The position numbers and the translations under genes were made by a program. This document shows positions 26,559 through 39,185 of a DNA stretch of 64,000 nucleotides, in pieces (position 1 is the first letter of the stretch; every line of letters begins with the position of its first letter). Source of the stretch: Somniosus microcephalus (Eukaryota); NCBI GenBank assembly GCA_052327205.1, contig JBMRGM010000035.1, positions 130,138,001-130,202,000 on the forward strand. Reading direction: 5' to 3'. The notes beneath the pieces were generated by a model. It was not told where the DNA came from. It ran no database searches and saw only the letters and a program-made list of their open reading frames with translations.

Positions 26559-26969
26559 GTTTTGTCAAACCGTAAGGACTGGGAACACATTTAAGATAAT
26601 GACAGCAAGATTTGAAAGGGGGCTTACAAAATTATTTACATAGAAGTTGGCCAGAATTGTTTTTATCTATTCCACACCCCGTTGGGTTCATATTTAATAT
26701 ATCAGCTTGGTAGGCACTATTGTCTATTTGGGGCAATTTTTCAGCAACTGTGAGATAAGCATTGACTGGGAGAATGCAGTGAGGACAATCTGTCGACGAG
26801 GCTCTCAGGCCACTAACTGAACCTGCCATTTATTTATTTATGCTCTCCGCCCACGTAGCTTCGATTAAAATCAGCCCTTTTGCATTCTATAATATCATAT
26901 AATTCTTCAAATAATATATCTCTTCCAAATAAAATATTTTATGAAGCGTTGAACATAATAAGCATTTAC

Positions 26970-26996
26970 CCGTGTCTTTCTGAATGACAGCTTTGT
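26970..26996 (-). CDS. Copy A 27-nt microexon (DKAVIQKDT)
   Basis: CCCCTTAACAG|...|GTAAAT; paralogue at 62211-62237. Confidence 0.85.
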
Positions 26997-27271
26997 CTGT
27001 TAAGGGGGAACATATTAGTTTATAACGTGCATCAAAGAATCTTGTGCTGAACTATGCTTTCACAAATTGCTTTTTGCAAGAGTAGATCCATAATGAGCAA
27101 AATGGCCCGAATATTTCACCAACAATGCATAGTTGCTAGCAAATACACAGAATAAGAAAAAAATTAATCGACTTCCGAATGTTTTCTTTAGCAAGTGAAA
27201 TGTAATGATTACCACAGTGCTATATTAATAACCATGTTGGATTATATATGAGTAATGTATTTCCTTCTCAC

Positions 27272-27307
27272 CTTTCTCAGACAGCGCTATTTCAGTAGTG
27301 CCTTTTT
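27272..27307 (-). CDS. Copy A 36-nt microexon (QKGTTEIALSEK)
   Basis: TGTTGTTTCAG|...GAAAG|GTGAGA; paralogue at 61894-61929. Confidence 0.85.
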
Positions 27308-30300
27308 CTGAAACAACAAAAACAAAACATTTCAGTTTCGTGTGCCTAGTTCAGTTTTCTGAGCTGCTCTATCTTTCAAGGCGATTTAATCTTGCCTCTT
27401 CTGCAAAAAAGCTCCATTTAGAGAGCTTTGCAGGTTAGTCCGTTCTAAAATTCCCCACGCCGAGTGGAAAAATGGAAGAAGTTGAGAAAGTAAGTCGTTT
27501 GCTGGTACTAAAGAAATATTAAATATTATAGCTCAATTGAAAGCAGAAAAGCTAGCTGCAAAATGTTGCATTGGATACTGGTGTTGGAAAGTTTATTACG
27601 TTTGTGTGAAATTACAAAGTGAAATGACGTTGGTGATAATAGTGGCTTAGAGACACTAGAGCAGTAGTGTTTTGACATTTGTTTATACGAGAAAAATACC
27701 TAACGAATGCTATGCTTAGCACATATATGTGAAGCACGCAAAGAGTGGTTTTACCACCTTTTGAAGCTGATTCAAAGTTCCTCAATTTACATTTTGTTCT
27801 AAGGGGAAAACGCAAGTAATCAGCAAACCGTAATTGCTCTCTGGCCGAAACAAACCTTGATAACAATAGTTTCAGCCGATTTCATGTCGGTGGTGTTACC
27901 TAGAGCAGATCAACTTTACGAGTTTGTTATCAACCCGTCGAAAAATAAATTTTCATGAAATGTGGGCAATGCAGTCTTAATCCCTTGGATTTTAGAAACA
28001 TAAAAATTGTAAGTAGAGACTCGTTTGTAACCCTGTCTATAGTTTTGAAGTACTGTAAATAATGGATTCGATTATCGATTTGAGAATTTGCATTGGTTAA
28101 TGAGAGCCTAGTCATGCCTAGGCTTTGACATACTTAGTGGAACTGGAGCAAGGAGGATTAAAAGCGTCGTGTAGAACTAGATACTTGAATCTTATAACAA
28201 GCGGAGTAGACATTTCAGAAGTGCACTGACCATAAAGCTTGGATGAACAACACATAAAACTTGGCAATTACACATAAAATGAGGAACAGCTTATCAGACA
28301 ACAGACGTGTCTTTCTGTTATAGATTCCTTTAATAAAGGAGACAGATTAGACAAACAAACAGCGTTATAACTAGTGCGGCTAATTGAATGGAGTGAGTGC
28401 CAATTGCGGACGATTCCAATTATATGCCTGCTGACGGGGAAAACAGCAGAGGGAATACTCAGAAGTCACCTTCCAGAATCAATGGAATTTTGGTTCGCAA
28501 CTTCGTTTCCGACACAACAAATGCAGCTATTTTGGTCATAAGAAGCTAGTATTTATATTAAATAATGATTAGGAGAACAAAAATATACAGGCAAATTGCA
28601 AACTTCCGGAGGGAACGGGTTCCGTCCTTAGACTTGGAACGTTAAGCATCACCAGAGCAGAGTGACCAAAGGAATCTCGGGCAGGGTCTATATTACGCTG
28701 GTGACTGGATCCGCCTCATTTTCCTTCCATTCAAATTAAGGAAAACCCTACAGTCTCTTCTTATCCAGGCCATGCTTAACGTCTAAACGATAAAGACGAA
28801 ATTATAGTCCTGAATAGAGTACAGTGAAGATAAGTGTAAAATGATTAGTATAGTAGATACTAAATGAAATCAAGAGCCCGATTTGAAAATGAGCGCTTCC
28901 ATATCGTGGGAGGGGGGAAGAGCTAGACTACAGTGTTCTAACGATCTCATGGTTGGAGTTCAATTGCGTTTTTGAACGAGCTGCTCACGCTTTCCAAAAG
29001 CAGCGTGCCCATGGAAAGTGCTGTAATTCGGGTGGCTCTAACGTTGAGCCCAGTCAACGAGCGGAGGGACGCGCATTGGGAGGGGGCGCATTCTTTGCGG
29101 CCAGGAAGAACAGATTATTTGAAAGTCCTTTTTTCTTTTCAAGTTTTTGCAGAGGCTTCAGATGGTGTCTTTAATTGGCTGAGTCTCTCAACGCCAAGTA
29201 GTAGGGTCCACCTGCCGGTACATTAAAATTGCACGGCGGTCCTATGGATATCACATGCCTCAGATTTGCATGGGTTAATGAGTATAGGGCCTGCTCGCCG
29301 TGAATGATGCGCCATCCATTTGAAGGTCCCTATGAAAAAGGGGAGCCCCCACGTCAGTGCAAAAGGGATGGGTAAAAACATTCTCATTTTCCTCACCCTA
29401 CCGCCCCGTTCCAACCCTACGGGGAAGAGAGGCGATTGGACATCGGCGTCAAAGAGTATGAATAATTATACAGCCTAGGTTAGGAAAAATATTTCAAACT
29501 GTCAGCCCGAAGCTAAGTGTCAGAAAGAGGAGCCAGCTTTATCTCTTTATCTGTACTATTTAGATAAGTCTAGAGCTTAACGTTGGTTTTATTCCTGTAC
29601 AAAGTATGGGATAGACCCATTTTGCAATACTTTATGAAGTTCCTGTCATTTTAGCATAGAATGCAGTTCTCTTTCAAAACCAAAAGCTTCAAGATAAATG
29701 GAAAGAAAATTCATGATCTCCCTTGCGATGAGCAACTGACAGCAGATTATATGACTTAAAGCTAAACAAGCTAATGCATTTGTCAAAACAACAAAGGAAT
29801 CTACTTTCAAAGCGTTAGAGAAACAATTTAATTGGCAGGGCCAAAGCAGCTAAAAAAGGAGACACAGATCTCCTATCCAGTAAATTTGTGAACTTCAATA
29901 ACTCAAAGGGGATCAACGCACACAGGACACCAGAAACACGAACGAACAAAGGTTTCGTACATGTCACTCAGTGCGGCAGCTATCCCTGTATAAATGGTGC
30001 AGTGAAATAAAGTACAACAGTTGCTGTCACTTATTTCTTCAGACCGGAATGGAAATGAGGCCACTGGGAAAATAAAATGTAACCATACTGGCTGCAATTA
30101 CTCGAAGGTTATCTTCTTCAATTAACATGTAGTGGACGAGGATGTGGTCAAATATTATTACAAAAGGGCAATTTTCAAATGCTGGTTAATATCTTAAAGT
30201 GTTCCGCATTAGTTTCAAAACAACCATAAACCAATGCGTTGCCTCATAATAACAACCTAAACAAATTCGTACTGAATGTTTAACTAATTAGAAACGAATG

Positions 30301-30311
30301 TTTTTGCTCAC

Positions 30312-30347
30312 GTATGCTTTTTAGGCTCTCCCTCAGATATTCCAGTT
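30312..30347 (-). CDS. Copy A 36-nt microexon (ELEYLRESLKSI)
   Basis: CTGCTTTTCAG|...|GTGAGC; the paralogue at 58887-58922 encodes the same peptide. Confidence 0.88.
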
Positions 30348-30893
30348 CTGAAAAGCAGATCAAAATAATTTTTATATATTTCACACTAATGGCTGAAAAG
30401 CAAATCATATTTTATATATTTCACACTAAATGGTTATAACATTATAATTCAATGGATGCCCCGAATAAAACGCAGAGGAGAGGTACAATAAGACCCATGC
30501 CTCAATCAGCATCATCATCATCCAGAATCGCGCTATAGCATTTTAATCTTGTGAGCGTACTGTTTGTATGTTTGTGAAAGGGTTGCAGTATAATTGCAGA
30601 ATCTGAAGAACGACCACGACATACTGTTTTGTTTACAGTGGTGTCCTGCAAAAGAGTCTTGGGTTTGCTATCTCGGACGAGGAAGGCATGGTGGGGATGG
30701 GACCACGAAAACTAGAGAAACAGAAACATCAGCAACGTTAGGAGTAAGAAACAATAAAAACAGAAATGGCCAGATGCAAGAGAAATTTGACAGCGCCATA
30801 TTTGAAACATCTTTTCAAATCAGTAAGTAAAGTCAGACACCTCTATTATGGCCTTAGAGTGCCGCCAACAATGCCCATTTTCGAAGTAGTCAC

Positions 30894-30920
30894 CTTTCTC
30901 TTGCAGACTGAGTTTATTTG
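30894..30920 (-). CDS. Copy A 27-nt microexon (ANKLSLQEK)
   Basis: TTCCTCAACAG|...GAAAG|GTGACT; paralogue at 53855-53881. Confidence 0.85.
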
Positions 30921-31207
30921 CTGTTGAGGAATAAAAAGTGATATAAATGCGCAGTATTGATGAGGTATGTATTCATGTTCAAACAGACATGAAATGAATT
31001 AAAGCAAGCCCTGTATGTAATGGAGTAATGTGGATGTATATTTGAATAATGATATTGCTGCAGAAAATATTGTATGCAACTCAGCCTTTTGTCCTTTATG
31101 CAATAATGGAATGCTGTTAAATTAAAGAGCCTCTTTGCAACAGAGTTAAACGCCCATAAAATATGTACATGAGTGTGCACAAGTTGCGAGCTATTTGTTT
31201 TTCTCAC

Positions 31208-31243
31208 CTTTCTCAGTTAGCATTCCAATGATGTTTTTCAGTT
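31208..31243 (-). CDS. Copy A 36-nt microexon (ELKNIIGMLTEK)
   Basis: TCATTCATTCAG|...GAAAG|GTGAGA; paralogue at 53515-53550. Confidence 0.85.
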
Positions 31244-31863
31244 CTGAATGAATGATCAAAAACTTGAGCTTTATTTTTCTACTGTGAATTCAGTTTGCTT
31301 CCACGTTTACTGCTTTCTTTCTTTCACTTTGTCCTTTAATAATTCCATATTCCTGTAGGCTGAAAATGATTACACGCAGTGCTACAGCTAATCTATCTAT
31401 ATGACGTTACTTTGTGCTTTATGGATTCGGTATGTTGGCTCAACAGTAAAGAACAGAACATTAAACAATAACTCGAACCTAACGCGCCCGGCATGACCTG
31501 GTGTTTTCGGATCAGACACCTATTTTACAGTGTAAGCGGATAATTTGAATTTCGAGCGATAATGCAAACTGGATGATATCGAACCAGCTGGCCGTTGTCA
31601 AATCGTTCGCTTTACACTATCGCTAAAAAATCTCAGATTTTACCCTCTATTGACTAAAAATTAAACGAAAATCTGGTAGCCTGTAAAATACTGGCAGATC
31701 CACTACGGCCTGTTTTCCACGCGGCAGTACAACTAAAAATTCACCCCAACATTTTACTTAACACACGCTGGGGTAGAGCATGGAACATTCCTACTCTCAT
31801 TGGCTGAGCTATGCTTTAGATAAACGGTCAAGCCATCTCCTGAGCTCTTCAGTTTTTATAATT

Positions 31864-32784
31864 GGCCTGAATTTTCCGATCGGAGGCTTCCTGCGGGCGG
31901 ATGCCTTCGATCAGAAAAAATCTATGCAATTACCTGCTGGCTCCGTAGTTCCCGAGACTTCCGATCCTGGGCTTCTCCACTACGAAATGCGCAGAGGCCA
32001 AGGTATCCCAGGGGCGCATGCGGGTCGCAAGCGTCCCTGGGATTACGTGGGACATGGGGAACCAATCAAAGAAGGGAATCCCCCTTCACACTTTTGACAG
32101 GCCTGTTCGCACAGATCTGTCAAAAGTATGAAAGGGGATCACATTTAAAAATACAGTTAAGCATAATTCTTTTTTAAATCACTTTTAAAATTAGTTAAAA
32201 ACTTGAGCTTTATTTTTCTACTGTGAATTCAGTTTGCTTCCACGTGTACTGCTTTCTTTCTTTCACTTTGTCCTTTAATAATTCCATATTCCTGTAGGCT
32301 GAAAATGATTACACGCAGTGCTACAGCTAATCTATCTATATGACGTTACTTTGTGCTTTGTGGATTCGGTATGTTGGCTCAACAGTAAAGAACAGAACAT
32401 TAAACAACAACTCGAACCTTTAAATAAATAAAATTCTTGAAAGAAATAACTAAAGTTTTTTACGGGGCTAAAAATAAACTTACCTTTTTAAAAGTATAAA
32501 TGAATGAAAACAACATTCTGTATTTTTTTAAACTCTTATGCTGGTAAAACCAGGCATAAGATTTGTAAAGGATTTCAGCGGGCGGAAGTTGTGCAGAACG
32601 CTCAACTCTGCCTGCGGAGGCCCTTTTCCCGGGCAGGCAGATAATCAGTCAAGAGGATCCTTGAAAGGTCGCAAGTGCCGATTTGTAGCGCATGCGCTTC
32701 GAATGCCTGAAACTGGCACTTGCCCGGCCCCTACGCGTGCGTACACACCTCGTACGCATCCGTGGGGGTCGGAAAATCCGGCCC
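31864..32784. mobile_element. Family-A MITE carrying a captured 223-bp host segment, left arm only
   Basis: TIRs GGCCTGAATTTTCCGA and TCGGAAAATCCGGCCC with ATT on both flanks; 32197-32419 duplicates 31258-31480. Confidence 0.85.
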
Positions 32785-32999
32785 ATTCTGCCACTCCATA
32801 TGCATATATATATTCTGCTACCAATTAGGAACGTTCAGTTGTTTCAAAGTGAAAATAATAATCTCCTTACGTCCCAGTGGAGAAAGGCGTCTAGTGTTAT
32901 GGTTTAAATGGATTCGTGCTCGATGTTCATGTAAGTGATTTCAATGCACACAGAAACTTGTTTTTCTTTGGTAAGTGTTCCATTTTTTCAAGAATGTAC

Positions 33000-33026
33000 C
33001 TTTCTCTTTTTCACGCAGCTTGCTTT
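33000..33026 (-). CDS. Copy A 27-nt microexon (ESKLREKEK)
   Basis: TTCCCCTATCAG|...GAAAG|GTACAT; paralogue at 52609-52635. Confidence 0.85.
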
Positions 33027-33340
33027 CTGATAGGGGAAGCAACACATATTTAAAATGAACATTGTAAACAAACAACGTGAGTTATTTTGCGTATTATGGA
33101 ATACGTCTATTCATGCTTTACATTAAGTATTGCGACATTGAGTAATCCGTTTCAAATTAGCGCAAACTGTGAATATTGCAGCACTTACACAGGGCTGTCT
33201 TTTGTTACACGACTCTTGATGAAAAGTGCTAAAAGCTGGTGCTGGTATTAGAAAACAACAGTTTTCATTATTATAATAGAGAAAATATGTTACGAGTGCA
33301 GCAATGTATTTTAATGGCTTCTTGTTTTTTTATTTCTTAC

Positions 33341-33376
33341 CTGCACGTCTTAAAGTTTCCACCAGTTTTGCTATTT
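33341..33376 (-). CDS. Copy A 36-nt microexon (EIAKLVETLRRA)
   Basis: TTTGCATTACAG|...GCAG|GTAAGA; paralogue at 52276-52311. Confidence 0.85.
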
Positions 33377-34284
33377 CTGTAATGCAAATATATGACACTG
33401 AAATCTCTTGGAATGTACATCAAATATTTTTCACTGTTTAAATTATGAATTTTTATTTCTAATGGTCGATGGGATGGATACTTAATCCACGATTTTCATA
33501 GCCCATATTTTGAACAGCTGTATTTGACTTATTCCCGAGATCTGGAAATGAAAATCGGGTAGCTTGTATAAAGGGCAGCGATCCACAACGCCAGTTTTAC
33601 GTCTGGCTGGCAAATTGAAAATACACCCTAAAGGAAATTAAAATGGTGTAATGCCTGTAACAGGCAACTGACCCGCAACGGCAGGTTTACCTCCAAGCAG
33701 CAACATGGAAATTTACCCATTGGCAATGGGAATAAAATCTTGCAGGTTCTATAAAGGGCTGATTTACTGCCCAAGTGGTGAAGGTGAAATTTACGTCCTA
33801 TGACCGAAAACAACAATAGTCGACTGGATTCAATGCCAGTTTACGTATTGTGTATTAAAATATATACACAAGACATGTTGGCAACTTTTGAGCAGCTTCA
33901 AACATCTAGCAATTGGCGAAGAACTAGCAAACTGTTACCAAACAAAGTTTAACAATGGAGGCTGGGGAGAGGAAAGCTTCTGATGCTCTTTGAAAAGTCA
34001 ACAGATATTACTGAAGCGTTGAATTATTTTGTACTGAAATAAAGCATAAATGCAGGAAGATGACATGGGTTGTGTAATTGCTGAAGATGCCTCTATTTTG
34101 CAATTGGAGTAAATTCAGTTCAGCAGACCTCCCTGACCCTGTGCCAACGCATTTTCAATGAAGCAGCACAATAATGCGAACCGAATTTCATTAATTGCAT
34201 ATACTGAACATATGCTATTAAATATTTTGGATATATTGAGGGTCACACAAAAATCCGTTCCCATTTGAACTTGGGCATTCTTAC

Positions 34285-34305
34285 CGCCAAACCAGCCCTC
34301 AAAAT
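34285..34305 (-). CDS. Copy A candidate 21-nt microexon (DFEGWFG)
   Basis: GTTATTTCAG|...GCG|GTAAGA, phase 1-1; no counterpart seen in the right arm. Confidence 0.5.
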
Positions 34306-34647
34306 CTGAAATAACGTATCCCAATAAATAACCTGATTGCGTAAATTCATATTAAGTACTTAACTAAAGATGAGTAAAAAAAATTAATTTCACTGATTTA
34401 TAAACCCTAATCTCCCTCCAGTCAGAAATTAACAAAACAAAGGGTCAGATTTTGTGGTAGAAATACCGGTAAGGCTAACAACGCTCACTGTTATTTAAGT
34501 GTAACTCAGACAGGAACTTGCGGTGACCACACGTGCTCAATTAAATGCTGAAATTAGGCAGTTGCTGTCAGAGTTGTCCTGCTTCTCCAGAAGCTGCGCT
34601 ACACCAGTAGGCGTGAAGTTGCTGTATTTACTAGATAGATAAACAAT

Positions 34648-35409
34648 GGCACGGATTTTACAGGTTCGATTCCGAAAGCTGTCGTAAGTGCTCAGAGTGG
34701 CACTGCAAGTTCCGGGGTTCCACATGCATTGGTATGCATGAAAACCCAGAAATTGCGATCTGTCAAAATTTGCATTGACAGATCCTTCGCATCCAGTGCA
34801 AAAACACTTTCGTTGATACAGAATTGGGCTATTTGCTCAACTACATCTCAGCAAATGCCCACGAAACCCTTACGCCTGGTAAAAGCAGGTGTAAGGCATT
34901 CTTTTACCAGCATAAGGGTTAAAATAAATGTTAAAATAACATTTTGAATATCATTTAAAAATACACATACATTTTCAATAGTTTAGGTCAATTTGGCCCG
35001 TTTAAAAAATGTTTCAATATATTTTTCAAAAAATATTTTTTATTTTAAATGCTTAATTAAAGGGTCTTTCAAATAATTTTGGACATGTGAACATTTATTT
35101 TTATATAAGTGGTGTGAATTCTTATTTATTTGGGGTTTTCTAATATGCTTATGGGGATTCTGTACGTAAATGGAACTCCCATAAGCATCATAGGAATCCC
35201 CTTTTTAATTGGTTGACCTGGCCCACGTGATCCCAGGGACACTTGCAAACCGCATCGGCCCCTGGGGTTCGTGGACCTTTAAGCAGGTGTACGTCTGCAG
35301 GCCCAGGACCCGAAGAGCCCGAAGTACGGGCGACACAAGGTACGTTCTGATGTTTTTTCGGTTCGGAGGCGTATTCTTCTGGTATGCCTCCAACCGCAAA
35401 TTCAGGGCC
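34648..35409. mobile_element. Family-A-related MITE nested in a family-B MITE (~34441-35630)
   Basis: Termini GGCACGGATTTT and AAATTCAGGGCC with AAT on both flanks; shared CCTGGTAAAAGCAGG...TTTTACCAG hairpin. Confidence 0.7.
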
Positions 35410-35634
35410 AATAAATTCGCCAGAAACAGTTAGGGTTTGTCTATTCCAGCGTAAGTAATTTTCTAACGTAATTACTGCCAAACAACCTCTAAAGCGCTCT
35501 AAATTTATTACTAAAACTGTGGAGTGTCATTCCTTCAGCTTTAATTATCTTTGGAGATTTAAACAATAAATGATTTTTTTACTTTTTCTTACTGTCACCT
35601 TTATCTCTCTCGTTCTCTCTCTTAATCCCACTTA

Positions 35635-36560
35635 TATGCCAGCAGAAGATGGTTTCAGACTGAAAAGAGCAGAAACATCTTGATATTGAGCTGGTCAACA
35701 TTAAAGCATGGGAGAAAGTTGATTCAATTAATTAAATCAGAATAGAATGAACAACATCGCTTATTAAAAGTATATTAGCGAAAGTATTCAGAAAGGAGCA
35801 TTAAATAAACATACCTGCGTTCTTCCAATGAACCCTGGATAAAAATGTGTGCAATCTGTATCCCGCCGATTCTTCTTCTGAAATGTATAAAATAAGAAAA
35901 GATTCTGCTCGAGTGAGTAATCAGATTAGGACTTTGTGGTGCATCACATTTTCCAAAGTTGAATACAAGTAGACTGTTTCTTTCAGGAAGGAGGCTGTTG
36001 ACTGCATCAAGTTGCGGATGATAACATTCATGGTCACTTCAATTGTGTTGCAATTGATATAATTCCAGAAATGTTGACACATTGTGTCTCCATCTATTAT
36101 CATTTCAAAAATGCTCTCTCAGCAGTTTTGATGGCAGAGGGGTTTAAGTCTGATAGTTTTGTTTTTGTTTGTCGCAAAATATTCCTGATATTTGTACCTC
36201 TGAGTATTCTGCAACTGTAAACGTATCAGGTTAACTGTACGTGAAATGTGAATCTGTACTGGACTTGAATATTATTTTTAAGACCACATAGCAGCTTTCT
36301 CGCAGCCCTGGACAGAATCGCCTCACAGGTGATCGCCTCCTCACCGCCAGCATCTACAATCCTCATTTATCGTGCACATGCTTTCTTGCGTTTCTCTACT
36401 TTTTAAAACAGCGATTAAAGTGTATTCTTCCACTTGAGATCAAATTTGACAGTCAAATTTGGTAGAGCTAGTGGCTTTCTTTTGAACAATACTTCTGGGC
36501 AAAAAAATCATTCAGTATTACCTCTGTTTATTCCTGTTTCTATAAAGTATCTTTTGCGCC
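35635..36560 (-). pseudogene. Possible heavily decayed NACHT (NLR) coding segment; mirrored at ~48700-49640 (+)
   Basis: Ordered motif-like pieces across frameshifts: LNDFF/LNDIF, ARKLL, YRFTF..SCR, MIIDG, VIIRNLM..LLPE, FIQGSLEER, LFSL..FCWHI. No Walker A; spacing imperfect. Confidence 0.3.
35815..35877 (-). CDS. Copy A candidate 63-nt exon (xEESAGYRLHTFLSRVHWKNA)
   Basis: Long pyrimidine tract ...CATTTCAG| and CAG|GTATGT, phase 1-1 and open. The right-arm equivalent has stops and has lost the GT. Confidence 0.35.
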
Positions 36561-39185
36561 AATGTCATATCCCACCTCTTGAATGGGTTGACCGTTTTGC
36601 GTAGTTCCGCTTGCAAATGCTCCACTTGCTTTCTGTTGCCCCCTTTACTGTTAGCCTCATGGCCTATGCTAGAGAATTGAAATGGAGAGTCCATTTGGCA
36701 GCATACAGCCCCATATTATTTTCAACCGATTCCCACATGTTTATACGTTCAGCTGGAACTGGTTTCCGTTCACTGACGTTATCTATAGTTTCCACATATT
36801 TTGAGAAACTCCTTCCAGGTACAAGGTGGCTACCTCAGCACCTACCAGTGATCAATGGCCTTGCATGGCAAATATACCTAAACAGGCACTACAGAAGCTT
36901 GCGGTGGAGGCGGGGGTGGAGCATGTGTCCTTTATCAGCAGTAAGCCTGGAATTTGTCGGTAGATTTGATAGTATTTTCATAAAATATAAAAAGAAAAAG
37001 GCAAAGGATACATATACCGCACTTGATAATTTTGAGGAAAATATTCAGAACAACACAATTAATTTAAATCTACTTCTTGGTGGTAATATTGGCGAAATCG
37101 CATGAGCTTTGGTGAAATTGCAAAAAAAAATTGCATGTTATGAACAACAGATTTCGAAAGCTGTAGAAGATATAAACGGAGGGAATCCTGCAATCTGAAT
37201 CCAGGCTCAAAAATAGAAATTCTGCAACAATTCTCAATATTTTAATTGCAGAAAAGAGCTGAAAACAGTCATTGTGAAAGCAAATAGGAAGCAATTCCCA
37301 GACAAAGTATGAAATATAACAAAAACAAAATTAATGATACTCCTTCTGAAAGCTTCACTGTAATTACTCATTGCTAATTGAGGAGACAGATTCTATCTTT
37401 ATATCAGAATAGTTGATAAGTTTTTCATGCTGTGATGCAGTGAGGCAGCGAACACCTCCGTCTAGAATTTTTTATCATGAGGTGGTGCAATACGGGTACG
37501 GGTGGTATCCGATCGACCACCTGTTTTACGCAGCGCCTGATGTTCAGTTCCATTTGGATCTGAACATCAAGCGCTGCGTAGAATGGGCGGCGGATCCGAT
37601 ATTAGCGGTTTGCGCCACCGCCCGAGAAGAACTTCTACGCCTAGGCGTCTTTTGAAATATCACTTTTTTTTTTACATCACCCAATATATTCTGAACATAT
37701 AAACGGTGGACCATATTTTGCAACTGAAAAATATTTTGGTAGGATATTGGCATAGACCTTGAATGTTTTTTCTGCGACATTGTAAAACGGGTGTTAGCGA
37801 GTCCACAGCTCATTTTACATCTCTCCCGCTTTTTTATTTCCATTGATGTCATGGAAGTAAAACTCAGGTGAGATGTTAAACGGACATACGACCCGCTATC
37901 ACCCGTTTTACACTGTCGCACAAAGTCAAGATCTGCCCCATTGGATTTAGCAATTTCTCGATAAGGCTGGATAAGAGAGTGCTGGAATTCCCAGGTGATA
38001 TTGTTTAAGTACATCTTGTCAATTATTTTTGAAGAATATATCCATCATGAACACATAACGTAAAATTATGTGCAGATAAACAAAAAAACAGAATTACCAG
38101 GACGGGCTGCTGGTCAATTCGCTTCCTACTCTGGAGCTGAGCTCTGAAAAACAATTCAGTCCCAGCTTTGATTCCTCCTCAATGCTAAGTGGCTTAACTT
38201 AGCTAGAGTGGAACCATAAGCGCTGTGGTTCAGTAAATAAGGAAATCAGGGTGGTTTATCGGTTTGAACATTTTTTCAGAGACTATTGCGAGAAAGTGCA
38301 CTTTTTTGAAGGGACATATATATTAGTCGAAGCTCGGTTGTATCTATGGTTTTATATTCCTAGCACACTTCCGCATATAATGAATGCAGTATAATCTTAT
38401 CCATAAAAGAGGCTGTGCTTTCACGAGAGGAACAGATTAAAGAAAAACAAATTCCTCGTGTTTAGTGTATCGGAATGACTTACAAAATGTCGATGCGAAT
38501 CGCCAAATGTAAACCAAACGTTTCAATAAAGTAAAAAATAATTAACCCAGAGCAGTGAATGAACTGGCAGCATGTTTCAACAAATTCAACAGTTACCACT
38601 TTAAAGGTGTCGGTTTTGTACCACAATTTTCAAGAGAAGACACCTGTTGGTGAAATTGATCTTGATCGGTAGCGCAAAATGGGCGATAACAAATCGGCAG
38701 CCGGTTTTGCACCTCGTCATGTTTTCGTCTCCGCGTTATCGTCCGTTTTGCACTAGCGACGTAAACCAATTTCACACCTGTAGTCAGCGTTGTCCAAATT
38801 GGTGTTGCACTTCCAGAAAAGCAACCCTCAAAATCCAACTCTCCAATCAGAGAAACGTCTACTCGCCTCCGGATTCGATTTTTGTATCTGGTCTCGTAAT
38901 AAAAATTAGCAACTACAGAGACAAAATGAACAAAAGATCAACTTAGCTTGAAACTATATCACATATGTGGTAGTGCAAGTGATAGCAACAGCATAAATAT
39001 ATAGAAACGAGGATCCATGACGTTTGATTCCTTAAGTATTAGGCGTGGTTTGGTAATGAAACCCCGAGATCAGCAAAGTCGAAAATTATTCCACCAACGG
39101 TGCTCAGCCACGTTCGTACTAAGAGATGCAAACGTTGGGCAGTGTAATCGACCTCACTCTTAGAAAAAGGGAAGGAGAACGACTG

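Larger units (their letters stand above)
17470..35877 (-). pseudogene. Copy A: microexon coiled-coil + B30.2 (PRY-SPRY) gene resembling a butyrophilin cytoplasmic tail; B30.2 exon disrupted
   Basis: Twelve or more AG/GT-bounded phase-1 microexons splice in frame to DFEGWFG-EIAKLVETLRRA-ESKLREKEK-ELKNIIGMLTEK-ANKLSLQEK-ELEYLRESLKSI-QKGTTEIALSEK-DKAVIQKDT-VIQKLSHFLEQA-EKKLRDQEK-EIENLNEILKAA-GLRKVMNTT, then a B30.2 exon. Start codon not located. Confidence 0.8.

Noticed and set aside
35921-36103. ORF MIIDGD... as a functional exon, with shared TGA codons as possible selenocysteine
   Set aside because: The paralogous block has a frameshift and an extra stop with no third-position bias; shared stops are explained by decay before the duplication.
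36611-37105. 164-aa plus-strand ORF
   Set aside because: No recognisable domain, antisense to copy A, and the frame is not conserved in the other arm.
38944-39018. Signal-peptide-like MDPRFYIFMLLLSLALPHM on the minus strand
   Set aside because: Stops before any donor, the donor position is CT in this arm, and the frame is not kept in the right arm (~47285-47350).
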